From Laetmonice hystrix (Eukaryota), in contig OZ249436.1 of the NCBI GenBank assembly GCA_965235115.1, forward strand, positions 49,850,001 to 49,914,000: a stretch of 64,000 bases of DNA, written 5' to 3'. The notes beneath the pieces are model-generated. The model saw nothing but the letters and a program-made list of their open reading frames with translations, made no database searches and had not been told where the DNA came from. Shown here one piece after another: positions 26,035 to 39,812 of the stretch. Positions within the stretch are counted from its first letter, which is position 1. Every line of letters begins with the position of its first letter. A program made the position numbers and the translations under genes.

Positions 26035-28323
26035 TTGTATATAGCAACAATTACACATCAAAGGTGTACAGAGGTTTTTTAATACTGTAATGGAGGCATA
26101 TTGGAAAACACCATTTAATAATATCAATAAACAATATTCCGTATGGGTAGAAAATAATTTATTATAATCAATGCTGGGTTGTTGTTCTAGCAATCCCAAC
26201 TATGAACCTATAAAAAAAACACATGTAGGCCTTACGGCACTCGTATGTAATTGCTAACCCCCCCCCCCCCCAGCTCTGAGTGGTCTTGGTAATGACACCC
26301 ATGAAAACCAAGCAGTACAGGTGTAGCTATTGTCGTAAACCGACTTTCATGTGTGGCAGTCGAAATGACTTTCTGCTCCCCTCAGTTCATAATACGCTCA
26401 CGTGTTGAGTGCCAAGAGTGTCAAGCCGTCAGGCGAGTGAGACTAAATCAGTGATGAACTTCACCAGTCGTGTCATTGTTAAAGGGCAATCAGAAGGAAA
26501 GGTTAATGTAGAGGCGGTATTAACGAAACGTTGGAAACCGTTTTTTTGGGACCCAGTTACGTGCAAGAGGACCACTGTCCACGCCGAAACATCATTGAGT
26601 GAGTGCAACGGGTCAGTCGAGGGGAAGGCTGGAGAAAAAAACATGCTGCAGAAATATAACTACAGTTTGAAGCTCATGATTTTGGTACTTGATAAAATAT
26701 TAATTAATGACATCGTAATATTATCATGGTAAAATGTGCATAGCTGGTTCTGAACTGCTTGTTGGGTAATTTTACCGCCATGATAATATGTCGTAATGAG
26801 TATCTTTCACAACATTTATATACGAATAGAAAATATGAGTATCGTCAGGACTTAATAACATTACGACTGATGGGACAGGTAATTCAAAGACCTATCCATA
26901 TTGCTACAGTTAATCTAGTCCTATAATTATACACTATACCCTATTTAAGCTTGTATTAGGTCACCATACCATCACGTCCTTATTGAAATCACTAATTAAA
27001 GGAGCTCGAATATTTATCGCAGCAGCCAAGAAGATTTATTTCCTCAGTATAACGAAACCAGTAATAATTTATTGAGGTTTGCTTGTAGACCAAGCCGAGC
27101 CTATTTCCAGAACAGAGATTAAATAATACGGTATTGAACAGTCATATAAATCAGACCTCATTGATAACAAGACTATGCAGACTTCTCGTTACCGACGCAG
27201 AGTGATAACAAGTAGTCCTATAATGAATTATTAGGATGAAAACAGGGGCGGATCTACAGCTGTTGTGATGGGTCGTTTTCTGTTTTACTCGCACTCCGCC
27301 ATCTTTAGTACCTAGATCCGGGACAGCTCGGCTGGGGTAGGGCCTACTTTCACCACCATCACAGGGCCCGTCAGGCATCATCCGGTAACCCGGTTCTAGC
27401 TGTCTGTCGTCACTGACCCGGGGACATCGTGTCACCACATCTCGTATGGGTCAAACAGCGTCATCATTGACTAACTTTCAACAACCAATCATCTGTCTTC
27501 TTTCATACACTGCAAACGTGCCTTAGCGAGCATCTTGTATGGAATGCCGTTGCTACTTTTATTCAGCATTTACAGATATCTTCCTTTCAAATGAATTGAA
27601 GATATCTTTAAATATTTGAAGATATCTGTAGGCCTAATTTCTGAATAAATGTACCAACGGCATCCCATAATCTTGAGTTGTCAAGGAGCATCACCTTCAC
27701 ATTTCACATTTCTTATCGAGAACACTAAAAAACAACGCTGCCTTCCGCCATCGGGAATGTCTGACCTGCCGGCATAGCGTTGCAACTGGGCAGATGATCA
27801 CGTGATTGCGCCTATAGTAGCCTGGTCCCCAGCTCTATATTGACTACGTATATTGAGCCTGGTGAAGGCTAATCGAAGCGAGCATTGTGATTGGCCCATC
27901 GAAAACATGGACCCAAACGAGGTAGTTCCGTACCCTCCGTATTTCTCCAACAACATACAGATATTTTTGTCAATCCCTAGTGTCATGGGTACCCACACCT
28001 GCGAAGGCTGCTACGGTCTGCATACGCATGGGCACGTTGGCCACTCCCGGCCACGCTCCAAGCAGAAGTCGGTCACTCTGTTAACGCTGACCAACTGAAC
28101 GGAAGCGGAAGGGCTTGGAGTTTAATCACTTCCGTTTCGCGGCTTTTGGTCAGCCAGCACCTGGCCTAACATAGCGGATGCGTATGGTAGATGTATAGCG
28201 ATGTATTCTTGAAATGTATACATGTACAAATATTGTCTCACGGGTATAAAAAAATATTTCACTTTGTTCGCCAAGTCTCCGTGTCGTGTGTTGTCGGTGT
28301 GTGTCGTATCATATTAATATTAA

Positions 28324-28349
28324 TGTCTCTGTCTGTCTGCCTGTCTGCC

Positions 28350-28398
<49 letters not shown>

Positions 28399-28431
28399 GC
28401 CTGTCTCCGCCTCTGTTGGTCTGTCTGTCTG
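28324..28431. repeat. (CTGT)n microsatellite
   Basis: Tetranucleotide run with CTGC variants. Confidence 0.95.
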
Positions 28432-31400
28432 TGCGTGTGGAATGCCCATACATACGGCATCAGCTTACATCCATCCTGGACAGTATTGTAAACCGCGTGC
28501 AAGTGCTTCAGTTGAAGCCTTTCAAATGAAATGAGTCTGACACACACAAGAGAGAAACAGTAGTCACATTCAGATCTTTACGTAACATGACACTCCGTCA
28601 TTTTAAAGTAACTGGAGTCCAGGCGACGTTGCATGATGCTCATATTTCTTGTAGAAGCGCAAACATTAAAGCTTCGTGTATAGAATAACAGAAGAAAGCA
28701 CAACATAAAACCGTCCTCTGTCTCCTAGTGCCCTTTCTGGTATCTATGCAAGCCCCGTGTTGATCACACTCCACATTCCTACCTCTGCAAATATTATCCC
28801 TCCTCAAGCAGCCGGACCATTATACATCACTATATGGTTGCCAAGGGGGCGCCTGAACGGTCACAGGGGAATAGACCCGTAGTGCCTTACGTCTGGTGAT
28901 ATAATGACCTTGACCTTGATAATGACCTTGGTATATTTACTGCCATAAAGACGGATCTATGTGCACAAAAAAGTGTCCTTTGGACATAACCTGACCAGCA
29001 CGTTTTCCTGTTCTTGTTTGTTTGGTTGGTTAGTAATCGCAGGAAAACGGTGATTGTTTTAAAAACCTAATTTAGGCTTAAGAATATCTTATCTGTGATA
29101 TGTTGGCCAACAACCAGATAAGTATATTTCAAAACTCCCTCCACATGATCGTGTTGTACCTTCCCTCTAAAGTTGGTCTTTGATGAGATTTCGGTCCCGA
29201 TGTATAACGTCCGTACGAGATGGTCAGGGGTAAAGCCAGGAGTTTGATTACGCACTACGCAATACGGACACATGGATTACGGGTTTAAGAATTTGAGTAG
29301 CTATTTTTTCTTGGTCTTGGCCACATATACACTATGGATATATATCGGACCCATATTATTAGGGCATATCGACTTCATTGTATTTTGGTCGGTAAAGAGT
29401 CCTAACTCATTTGCTAAATGAAAGGAAAACAAGGCAGTGGACTTGTTAATATAGTCATTTAATAATGACGAAATTGTTTTCGCTTTCCAAACAAAACAGT
29501 TGAACTAAAGGACGATTCAGACAACAATATTATTTCTATGAAAAAAGCCAAATAGTTTCGGCATTGAATAAAAGAAAGCTTATGCTTATGAAGAGGAACG
29601 ATAGGCCCCTCCCTGGGGTATCGAATGGCCCGCTCCTTACCGGATATAGGTAATCTATAAAAACATAAACAAGAGGGAATTCATGATAATCATAATGTAA
29701 TAGGTTTCGGATAAAGGGGTTGGTTGAATGTGCTCTGCATTCGTTATGGTTAAAACGGTCTATGTAAAAACCTTGGCCGAGATGGTGGCACCATGTTGTT
29801 TGCGATGGGTGGCACGCCGAGGCTCTCGCACGCTGTATTTCCCTCAGGGCTGGCCATATTCCGACAGTCATTTGGAGAAACTCGCAGAACATCCCGTGGT
29901 GGCAACGGCCAATAGCAACGAGTCTATCGCGTCGCGCCCAGCTGGACCGTCTGTGTACATTTGACCGTCCCCATCGTTCTGTCGCTCGACTGCCAGATGT
30001 CCTGTGTCAGGTTATCGAACTATCAGGCGAATCGTTTTCTTGATTGGCTTGTAGGTCTCGACGGGAAAGCCGTCAAGTCTGCCATTCATTGTCGGCAAAT
30101 GATGGGATTCAGAATGCCCCACCATTTCCAATTTCTTCTCGGCTTCCTGACGCCCGTGTGACAAAATTGCTGAAGGCCAATTTAGACGTCGCCTGAAGCG
30201 TTCATTTTGCACGATGTAATAGGCCTATTGTAATAAGACTATCTTGGTAGCAGTTGATATAGCTAATTATAGATACACAGATTTCGTAGTAAAACCACAT
30301 CTAAACCAAGTGTATTGGGCAGCACCCATTGAAAATCAGCTGTTTACCCATGTCGTGTTGGGCAGACTAACAAGATGGCGCCGTTCCTATTTCCTATGTA
30401 ACTAATGTTACAATCTTTGTCTAATCTTTATTCAGGGCCATACCTTGTGTTTATTCACAAAGATAATTTCTTTAGAAGTCTCAAACCTATAGCGGATGGG
30501 GCTACTAGCCTTGTTCCGCGACCTACTGGTGTAGGTCTTGCACAAAGGTTTACGTCATCACCCACAATCCTTTGCGCTCAGATGTAAACAAACCACGTGA
30601 GCCTGTGCGGCCAGAAAAGGCGATCGTGTGCGCGGAAAAAAGGAAAATAAGTAGCACTAACAGTTTATTATTTATAATTAACTGTTAGAACGTTGTTAAA
30701 ATGTTTATACACTTTACCGATTCAACCTTAAGGTCATGGTTTGAGAGTTAATGGGGGGAATTGTAAAGAAAACGAGAAGTATCGGGTGACCCCCATTGGG
30801 CGATAATAGGTCGATTGAGGGGTAGGTTGATGGGTTCGTTTCATGTTTGAATTCCTCTAAAATTTTACTGAATCGCGACATATGGCTGAAAATCTGGTAA
30901 ATCACAAAGGGGATGTACCTAATGATGTGGTACAAATATGAGCAACATGTCGCATTTCGTCTCATGACAGCGACCGTTTTAATGTTCGGAACGAATACAC
31001 GGCGTATGAGCCCGACGCGATTTGACTGAGCCCGCCGACCCAGCGAGGCCGGGTCCCGTCAAACAAGCAGACGGTAGCGGCGTCCTGGTGCTGGTTGGTG
31101 TAGGTCAGTCAATTATATAGTCCAATTCTCGGCAATTGTTTAAAAATCCTAGATCCGCCTAGGTCAACAAGCCCAGGCCGAACCGACTGGCCGAGGGCGA
31201 GGCCCCCCTGTACAAGTCCCGGCCGAACGGACCGGCCGAGGCCTGCTACAAGCCCCGGCAGCGAGCGAGCGAGCGGCCGGCGGCAGTTTGAGCGAGTAAG
31301 CGAGCGGGCGAGTAACTGGCCACCACTCCCTCGCTCACCCCGGGCACAGCCCCGGCGGCCCCCCGGGATCATTCGCGGCGGGCTCAAGTGACTTGATGCC

Positions 31401-32964
31401 AGCTAGGCAGGTAACCAGCACTGGCAGCAGTGGTACAAGGACTCGGAAGCGTCCAGGTAGTGGGGGACGAGGAGAGATTATGGGAGCTATAAATATAATA
31501 TAGCCATAGGTGATATGAGATGTAAAATCAAATTATCAAATTATTACGGGCCATAAGACCTACCACTCCAACCAAAACTTGCCATTTCTGGCGTGATTCC
31601 AACAGCTAGATCGGTACCGCTAGATCGACTCCACGTGCTTTTGTTTACTTCCGGACGAGCGATGACGTCAACCTTTGTGCCTAGCCTACCCATTCGGGAC
31701 TCCCTCGGGCATATGACGTCACTTCCTGCTATTCGAATATACCCTCGGGTGGAATAGCGGCCATGTTTGGCAACCAGATACACCGCCAAATGGAGGTGTG
31801 TAGCGAGGCACTGAGTGAACCGTCATATCCCATCGAGCCAGGAAGTAGTGCATTATTGACACCCGCTCCTTCGGCGTTGTATGTGCAAATATAAATTTCT
31901 GGTATGAAGGGGAACGTTTGAAGAAAAAAAATGAATCACCCAATTTACCTAAATGGGCGTCAATACGGTAATTTATTAAATTCTGGGAAGCAATATGGCC
32001 GCGCCCATGTACGACACGCGTACGACACTGGCCCGACACATGGTAGGACTACTTGTAATCATGTTGTAATTTAAGTTGTATCATGACATGATACTATTGT
32101 AATATTGCCCACTGACTTCGGGGAAAGCATTGTAGGCCTATTTTAGTTGCTTCCATGCCTGATGCAGACAAAATACTGCAAGCACTGCCATGCTGTCGAG
32201 AGTCCCGGCTAAATGTACCCGAGATGCAATGCTCAAAATGGCACCTGTTTCACCCGAGGCTACTTTCGAAGATATGGCCGAGGATTCCCGAATGTAGCCT
32301 ACCGTGCGCGCCTAGCGCCACCTACACGGGAGGCGGGAACCAAGCTAATGGGGCTACTCGTTAAAGGGGCATCATTTGGGGGTTAAAAATACAATGGATA
32401 GGAGGTGATGAATTGTTTCGCAGCAAGTTTCCAAGGTTTATCCAAGGTTTATCAGCATTAGTGCGGGGCCAAGACATCTTCCTTCTGGAATTGGATGTAC
32501 ATCCTATCCCCGAGGTCATAATTGGTCAATCCTCGTTTATGTCACTAACCGAAGCATAGTATCAGAATCCATAGAGCCAAGTTGACAGGTAGAATGTTCC
32601 GCATAATTTAAAACACACGACGCATAACTTCGACATGATGGAGACAAAAATTTTATGACGCTTGGTATCCCCGGTTCCACACAATGTATTCTTCTTCTTT
32701 TTAGATAACGGATAAAACACTTTCAGCGTGTAGGCCTATTTTTCTCGTTACGGCGTTACCGGAAATGAACATGGATAAGTCATTTGTCTGTATTGACGGT
32801 CCGTACGCGACCCCTGACCAGTTGCTACTGTGTATTCTTTGAAGCCGAAGTCTCAAACAGGTGAATAGATCTATGTACAGGTAAAACTCTAAAACGTCAA
32901 GGGTATTGGATTCAGTATACATTAGCTTCTGTTTTTCCTCCGACATTATGTGCTATTTTTTGTT

Positions 32965-33361
32965 ATTCTGGGCATTAAAAACATTGGTAGAACTGTGACG
33001 TAAAATACTAAAAACCCTACGTCACAAGCTTTTGAAATTTACAGGAGTGAATACTTCAATGTTCTTAATATCTGGTGAAATTTTCAATTTGATATCTCAA
33101 ATAGTCCTTACATTAGACCAAAATTAAAATTGTCTCAAAAATTGCTGATCCAGACGTAGCTGTAATAACGTCCTACCTGGTTTTACTTCAAAAAGGTAGT
33201 CAATTAGACACACTTTTAATTTTGAAATGTCTCATGTCAGGATTATTTGAGATATCAAATTGAAAATTTGACCAGGTGTTAAGGATATCAAGGTTTTTAC
33301 TTCAGTCAGGGGTTTTGGAATATTTAACCCAAAAGTTCAAGTTCTTTTTATGCCCACCGTA
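32965..33361. mobile_element. Decayed fold-back MITE, possibly Tc1/mariner-type
   Basis: Inverted matches AAATTTTCAATTTGATATCTCAAATA (~33078-33103) with TATTTGAGATATCAAATTGAAAATTT (~33244-33269). Outer matches are TGGGCATTAAAA / TTTTTATGCCCA and AAAAACCC / GGGGTTTT. Confidence 0.6.
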
Positions 33362-35855
33362 TTATATAGACGCTCTGGTCATGCAAGCTGTTGATATTCA
33401 AAGTCTGATAGTCCCACTAGTGACCCCCGCAATAAGAGCACCCTAATGTAAATGTCTTACCGCCCGAAAGAAGTCAACTGTCAATTTCGATGAGTGGTGG
33501 ACATTCATAACTCTTGCACACTAAAGGGGATCAGTTCCTGTTGAGTTGGGTCGCCCTGAACACTGAGGTTCGCTTCCCCCGTCATTTCCTCTCCACTGGG
33601 CTGTGGTTGAGTACAGAAACCGTTATCTAGGCACTTATTGACGACAAGACGGTTGTATGGCTGACAGTTGTCTGTGAGCACAATATAGACGCATCTATAG
33701 CCTTTATTCTATGTGATTGTTACCAGATGTGAATGAGAAGAAACGCTGGTCATGTTGAATACTGGTGACTTTGTGTTGCCTTACCACACCATGCTTTCTC
33801 TCATTGCTGAGTAGATTGAATGGGCGCCCGATCGTGATCCCTGCGTCGAGTGGCTTCCGTGCCACTGTCAATCGTCTAACATTGTTTATCCTGCTGAAAG
33901 CATGCCCCAGAATGTGCCTTCCAGCTCGCCATGAGCAGCGGCCAAACACAAGCACCTCGCGACCACATGTTTATTTCGCATCAGTAGCCAGGACTTTCCC
34001 CCCTCGGAGAACGCCACATTTCCACACACGAATGAAATGGCCTCTCGCGCTAAGCGACATCACCATTGAGATCACAATTTATGAAAGGGTTATGTAATTT
34101 CAATTTTTCTCTAAACAATTTTATACAGCACGTACCTCTTGTAATTCTGAAACGCTGCAGGTGCATAGCACCTTTTTGTCAGTGCATTGGAGAACTTGCT
34201 AAAATGTGAATGGACGATTGTTTCTTTGTCTTCCTAATATAGGAATTTCTTTTCATTGATCGTGTCAAGAACTGGTCGCCTTTTCTTGCCCTTTGAGCCG
34301 AGAACTACAAAGACGGTGGAGACCTTTCGACGAAACTGGTCGACAAGAATTCTCTTCTTGGCCAATTGCCTATATAAAGAAGAAGACGAACCTTTGAAAG
34401 TTGGTTTCTAATTTTGTGAGCATGTCGTGCTGGTGCAAGGCGCTAGGCCGATTAGGTCCCAATGGTCGACAGCGTGCAGTCGGCGGTTCGATGGGCAAAG
34501 TCTGTGATCAGAGTCCATAGCTCCTCACAACGGGTCATGACAGGCCGGATCAGCGGGTTAGGCTATTTGTCTACAACTGGAACCGTTGAAACCAACTCGG
34601 TGGAAGCCAACCACCCTGGCTTGGAGGTCTCATTATACTCCCTGTTTTTGAAAAGATTGCTTTCGTTCACCTTCCGAGGGCGATGTTCTGGAAATGAAAA
34701 TCATTATTTTCTTTTCATATTGATTTTTGACGTGTTAGAAAACAGTGAATTCAGTTTCTTCTTTTTTGGTCTCCAGAAGCATGCAAGTAACCATCGTTAA
34801 GGTGTTTTAACGACATTCAACTGAAGCAGAGGCGGCAAAATGACAGTATTATCTGATCTTGGCAATGAGATTGTTTGTAAATCTATCTAAACATCGGGTT
34901 CTAAGCAACCACGCCACTACTAGAATATAAGAAATAGTGACACTTCTTGTGTGTTCATAGTCATCTGTACTCTCAAGTATTTTAATATAAACATTATTCA
35001 CGATATTCTATGAATGTAGGAAGCATTTTGTCCCATAAGAAATAAGATTATTGTTCATAAAACCTCCTTTACAAGGCGAGTCTAGCTGCGGGCTTGCATA
35101 GACAATTGAACCATTACGTTTGACTGTTCGCAGCATCGCCATGCAGTGATGGTTATGGGAAGCCACTAGAGCAGCCCAGACACCGGCCGTCGACCTGATG
35201 GCTGCTGCTTCCACCAGCAGTGGCCACAAATATCTGCCGTCTCTGAAACCAATTGGAAACCTCCGCATGGCTGTGTGCCGAATACTGGCAAAATGGACGC
35301 CAGGAGGAACGTGCTGATTGCGCATTGCACTCTCAACTAGCGCTTTGTCACGGATGGCCGGGGGAAAGTGGGGGCAGGGGGCGGGGCAGGGGGCAGGGGG
35401 CAAGGTGTGATGGGGAGCAGAGGTCAGGCCAGGGTTAGGGGCGAAGAGAGCGTGTTGATACAGATATTCCCTTGTTGCGTGATGGCAGCGACGAATTCAC
35501 ACGTACTATTGGCATGGAGATTTATCTAAGTGGCCCCTTGGGCGAGGAAACAACTAGATGCGAGCGATGCTCGGCGCTGCCTGCAGCGGTCGATGGCGGC
35601 ATGAGGCAATTGATACAGCCAACAAAAACGGCGCGTCTCATCATGCCGTGGATTGACCATTGAAGGTTAACCACACTCATCTAGCACAGGGCCTTATCTA
35701 AAGGTCCATAGAGACAGGGCTCTGAACCAGGTTTGGAGTGGGTAAAAAACGACCGGGGTTGTTTGTATGTCAATATCTCGGTAATACCACGAGACCTCTG
35801 CTTTATTGCTCAATTTCCCATGGGACTATAGAAGTAGGTATCACGAGAAGGAAAA

Positions 35856-36987
35856 GTAAGGTGTAAACGATGTATGTAACATTCACATGCACTGAGAACA
35901 GACATCAGCAGACATGTAACATTCACATGTAAGGTGTAAACGATGTATGTAACATTGACATGCAATGAGAACAGACATCAGCAGACATGTAAAATTCACA
36001 TGTAAGGTGTAAATGATGTATGTAACATTCACATGTAAGGTGTAAACGATGTATGTAACATTGGCATGCACTGAGGACAGACATCATCAGACATGTAACA
36101 TTCACATGTAAGGTGTAAACGATGTATGTAACATTGACATGCACTGAGGACAGACATCAGCAGACATGTAACATTCACATGTAAGGTGTAAACGATGTAT
36201 GTAACATTGACATGCACTGAGGACAGACATCAGCAGACATGTAACATTCACATGTAAGGTGTAAACGATGTATGTAACATTCACATGTAAGGTGTAAACG
36301 ATGTATGTAACATTGACATGCACTGAGAACAGACATCAGCAGACATGTAACATTCACATGTAAGGTGTAAACGATGTATGTAACATTGACATGCACTGAG
36401 GACAGACATCAGCAGACATGTAACATTGACATGTAAGGTGTAAACGATGTATGTAACATTGACATGTAAGGTGTAAACGATGTAACATTGACATGCACTG
36501 AGAACAGACATCAGCAGACATGTAACATTCACATGTAAGGTGTAAACGATGTATGTAACATTGACATGCACTGAGGACAGACATCAGCAGACATGTAACA
36601 TTGACATGTAAGGTGTAAACGATGTATGTAACATTCACATGTAAGGTGTAAACGATGTATGTAACATTGACATGCACTGAGAACAGACATCAGCAGACAT
36701 GTAACATTCACATGTAAGGTGTAAACGATGTATGTAACATTGACATGCACTGAGGACAGACATCAGCAGACATTTAACATTCACATGTAAGGTGTAAACG
36801 ATGTATGTAACATTGACATGCACTGAGGACAGACATCAGCAGACATGTAACATTCACATGTAAGGTGTAAACGATGTATGTAACATTGACATGCACTGAG
36901 GACAGACATCAGCAGACATGTAACATTCACATGTAAGGTGTAAACGATGTATGTAACATTGACATGCACTGAGAACAGACATCAGCA
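35856..36987. repeat. Composite minisatellite of 33-bp (A) and 40-bp (B) modules, main period 73 bp
   Basis: A=GTAAGGTGTAAACGATGTATGTAACATT(C/G)ACAT; B=GCACTGAG(G/A)ACAGACATCAGCAGACATGTAACATTCACAT. Arranged mostly AB with occasional AAB. Confidence 0.97.
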
Positions 36988-38109
36988 CACGTCATTATGT
37001 CACAGTCAAAATGACCCTAAGGATGAGAATCTTGTGTACTACCGAGTTTTAAAGTTGTAATAAACGATTTGATAGAAAGTTTCGTGAATGAGCCACGCAC
37101 TTCTCTAACTTCACGTTCTCCCGTTTACAAGCCTTCACCTTGAACAGTTTTTGTTCCCTTAAATACCAGAACGCACCTATAATATTACTTTTATATCAAG
37201 GTGACGAATTTGGCCTCTATATTGACAGTGAATCATGTCATAATATTACCTCTCATCGCCTCCAAATAGACAGAAAGAATGCCTTTTAAATAAAAAACTG
37301 GAAGACCTCTCCATGCAGGCATGAAAGGCTTGCACCAGTCTATGGCTCCATGTTTCACGTCTATATATCTGATGAGTTTTCCGTCTGTATGATGCAGCCA
37401 TCATATCACTTTACGTCGAGAGAAACACATATACTTCCATGTGAAAGACAATGCAAACTGTGATTAGAAACAGGAGAACGTGACAATATTGGCTCGTTGA
37501 TGTTGTCGGGTCCAATTTCAAATGAGATACGACGATGAAATAAATGTTGCGCTGGTATATTCTAAAATATATACACCTGTTTTTATGATGCAATGATGTA
37601 TCATTATTTATATGAAGGGCGCACATGGTTGTGTGGTCTCAAGTTGTCTCTTTGCAAACAGTTCAACACAACTCGGATAAAGTATCGCAGTGCTTATAAT
37701 ACGGCAGTGTAAAATTCACGTCTCGATTATGACCCGCTTTGCTATATCAAATTGCAATATGAAATAGTCATTCCACATCTGGGCCGACGGGAAACGAATA
37801 TCATTTCTCATTAGTCCGAAATGTCTGCCATCCGAGCCACGTGTTATATATGTGTATGATTTTATGGTCGCAGAGGGCAGAGTTACCCGTGGGATAACTC
37901 TTCTTTATCATTCTGTGTCCATTGGCAAGGATGATTTGATGGCAGTATAGCGGAGGTGGAGGAGGGCGAGGAGGAGGAGGAGGAGGAGGAGGACAGGAGG
38001 AGGGCAGGAGGAGGAGGGGGAAAGCTTCAGCTTGTAAACGGCCTCTGTGTCGTCACTGAGGGGAAACGGTCCATTCTCAAAATAAACTTGTAAAAAAACC
38101 TGCCTTGGC

Positions 38110-38410
38110 AACACAAGCTGGTGACGTAACATATATCGAATATAGTACGACATGATTGAGTGAGCCTCATTTCTGTCAGAGCCAAAATAACTTTCGTCTG
38201 CTTCGTTTCCTCTATAGTTGTAGATTTCATAGCTCAGATATCGTTCCATCACTTCAACAATCCTGATCACGTTAGCAACGTGGCAGCGTTGCTGGTCGAG
38301 CACTATTCTCATTTCCTGGTGGCTCCAAAGACCGCTAATCTCGGGCGACGCCTCCCCGCAAGGTGTACAAATGCCAATTTTAGGTGTCACAGATACAGGT
38401 AATTGATAAG
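38110..38410 (-). mobile_element. Possible P-element/THAP9-like transposase C-terminal remnant
   Basis: KIGICTPCGEA (CxxC), then GLWS..VIRIVEVMERYL and SIMSYYIRYMLRH. These resemble the CxxC / GLxxPS..V..I...E..F / I..Y..IR..H motifs of P-type transposase C-termini. By-eye similarity only. Confidence 0.3.
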
Positions 38411-39812
38411 GTTCAGAACTCGGCTGCTGGCCACACTGCCGTGCACTTATAGAACACGATCAACCGTAATCACATTAGTCAATGTCTAACAGGTCTGTAA
38501 CAGGGCAATGAATGGGTGAGAAGCCATACGACGGCTTTCCGGACATTTGTCCAGGTCGCGCCTGTTTACTAATGGGTTTTTATTCATACTGACAACTTTT
38601 ATAGTTCATACCTTGAAGAAAGCTGAGACTTGGTCGCTTTGAATAAGAATATTTTCTTGCTGCGTTAATTTAATTCATTAAGAATTAACCTCATTATTAG
38701 CCTGCTACATTATGTTATTTGATAATGAACGATCTCCGACGACTGCCTGCATCAGGAGGTCGGACGTTGTAGAAGCGTGTTTTATGGTTGGTTATTTTGT
38801 GTCGATTTGCGTCAGCGCCATCCCAAAATCGGACTTGCAGTCCATTCAAGAAACCCCCTTAGAAGCGCCATGCCTTTCGAGATTGTTCCCGTGCCTTTTT
38901 CTTTAGTATTCGAGCTTGGTCATGTGACAGTGGCTCTTAACTGCTTTGCATCGTCATTTCTTTCTTGCTATGTGACATTTATAAAAGAATCAAAGAAGCA
39001 ACAGCAATTACCTTTCTTATGACAATGTATGAAATAAAATAATGCAGTCATACTAAAACCATTATGAGTTGGCATCTTGAAAACGTGATTGAAATTGCAC
39101 CATAAGAGGCATGCATGATGATAAGTATAATAGAAATTATTGCTTTCAACATTGAAGAAGTATATTATTACTGTGATAATAAATCACATTCTGTCAGAAA
39201 CTCAACATCAAGCATGTATAGCTCACCCTGCTTTTGATGCAGTAGAAATTGTAGCATTCAACTCAATACCTGGGGTGCATTTCAATAAAGCTCAAAGGTA
39301 TCTTTGAAACCCTCGCTGGAGCCAGGTGCGAGGTTTTTATTAAAATACTCGCTCTCTCCCCATCTAGGCTGCACTCATCTAGACTGCACTAGTCCAAAAT
39401 AATTTTTGGCAAAGATATCTTTGGCAAAGATATCTTTTGATATTGAAACGCACTCGAGCTTATTTGCTGTCCTAATATTATACGAACTCCAGATTTAAAA
39501 AAAAAAGGTTTGTTATTGAGTCCCAGGATCCACCAAAGGAATTCCCCTTTCAAGTGGCATTTTCTATTCGGCGTCGGCCACGTTGACACTGGGCGGAACC
39601 TTTATGTTGGGAACCGATAACGGCATTTGCTAATCTGTTCCCGGTTGATAGCCGTCTCAGTGGGGCGGGCTTGCATTTCCTGAGCGCAGGCTTGCATTCC
39701 CTGAGGGGCCTTGCATTCCCTGAGCGGGCTTACTGAGATTAACCACGATCAACTCGCCCTAGCACAGCATCCTGTATAGGATTGAGTGACGGCCAACAAA
39801 TGACTTCACCTC

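Noticed and set aside
28191..28547. SVCL/RQTD repeat ORFs
   Set aside because: Translations of the (CTGT)n microsatellite.
35856..36987. CRISPR-like repeat-spacer appearance
   Set aside because: Only two recurring 'spacers', no unique spacers, no cas genes, and a eukaryotic context; it is a composite minisatellite.
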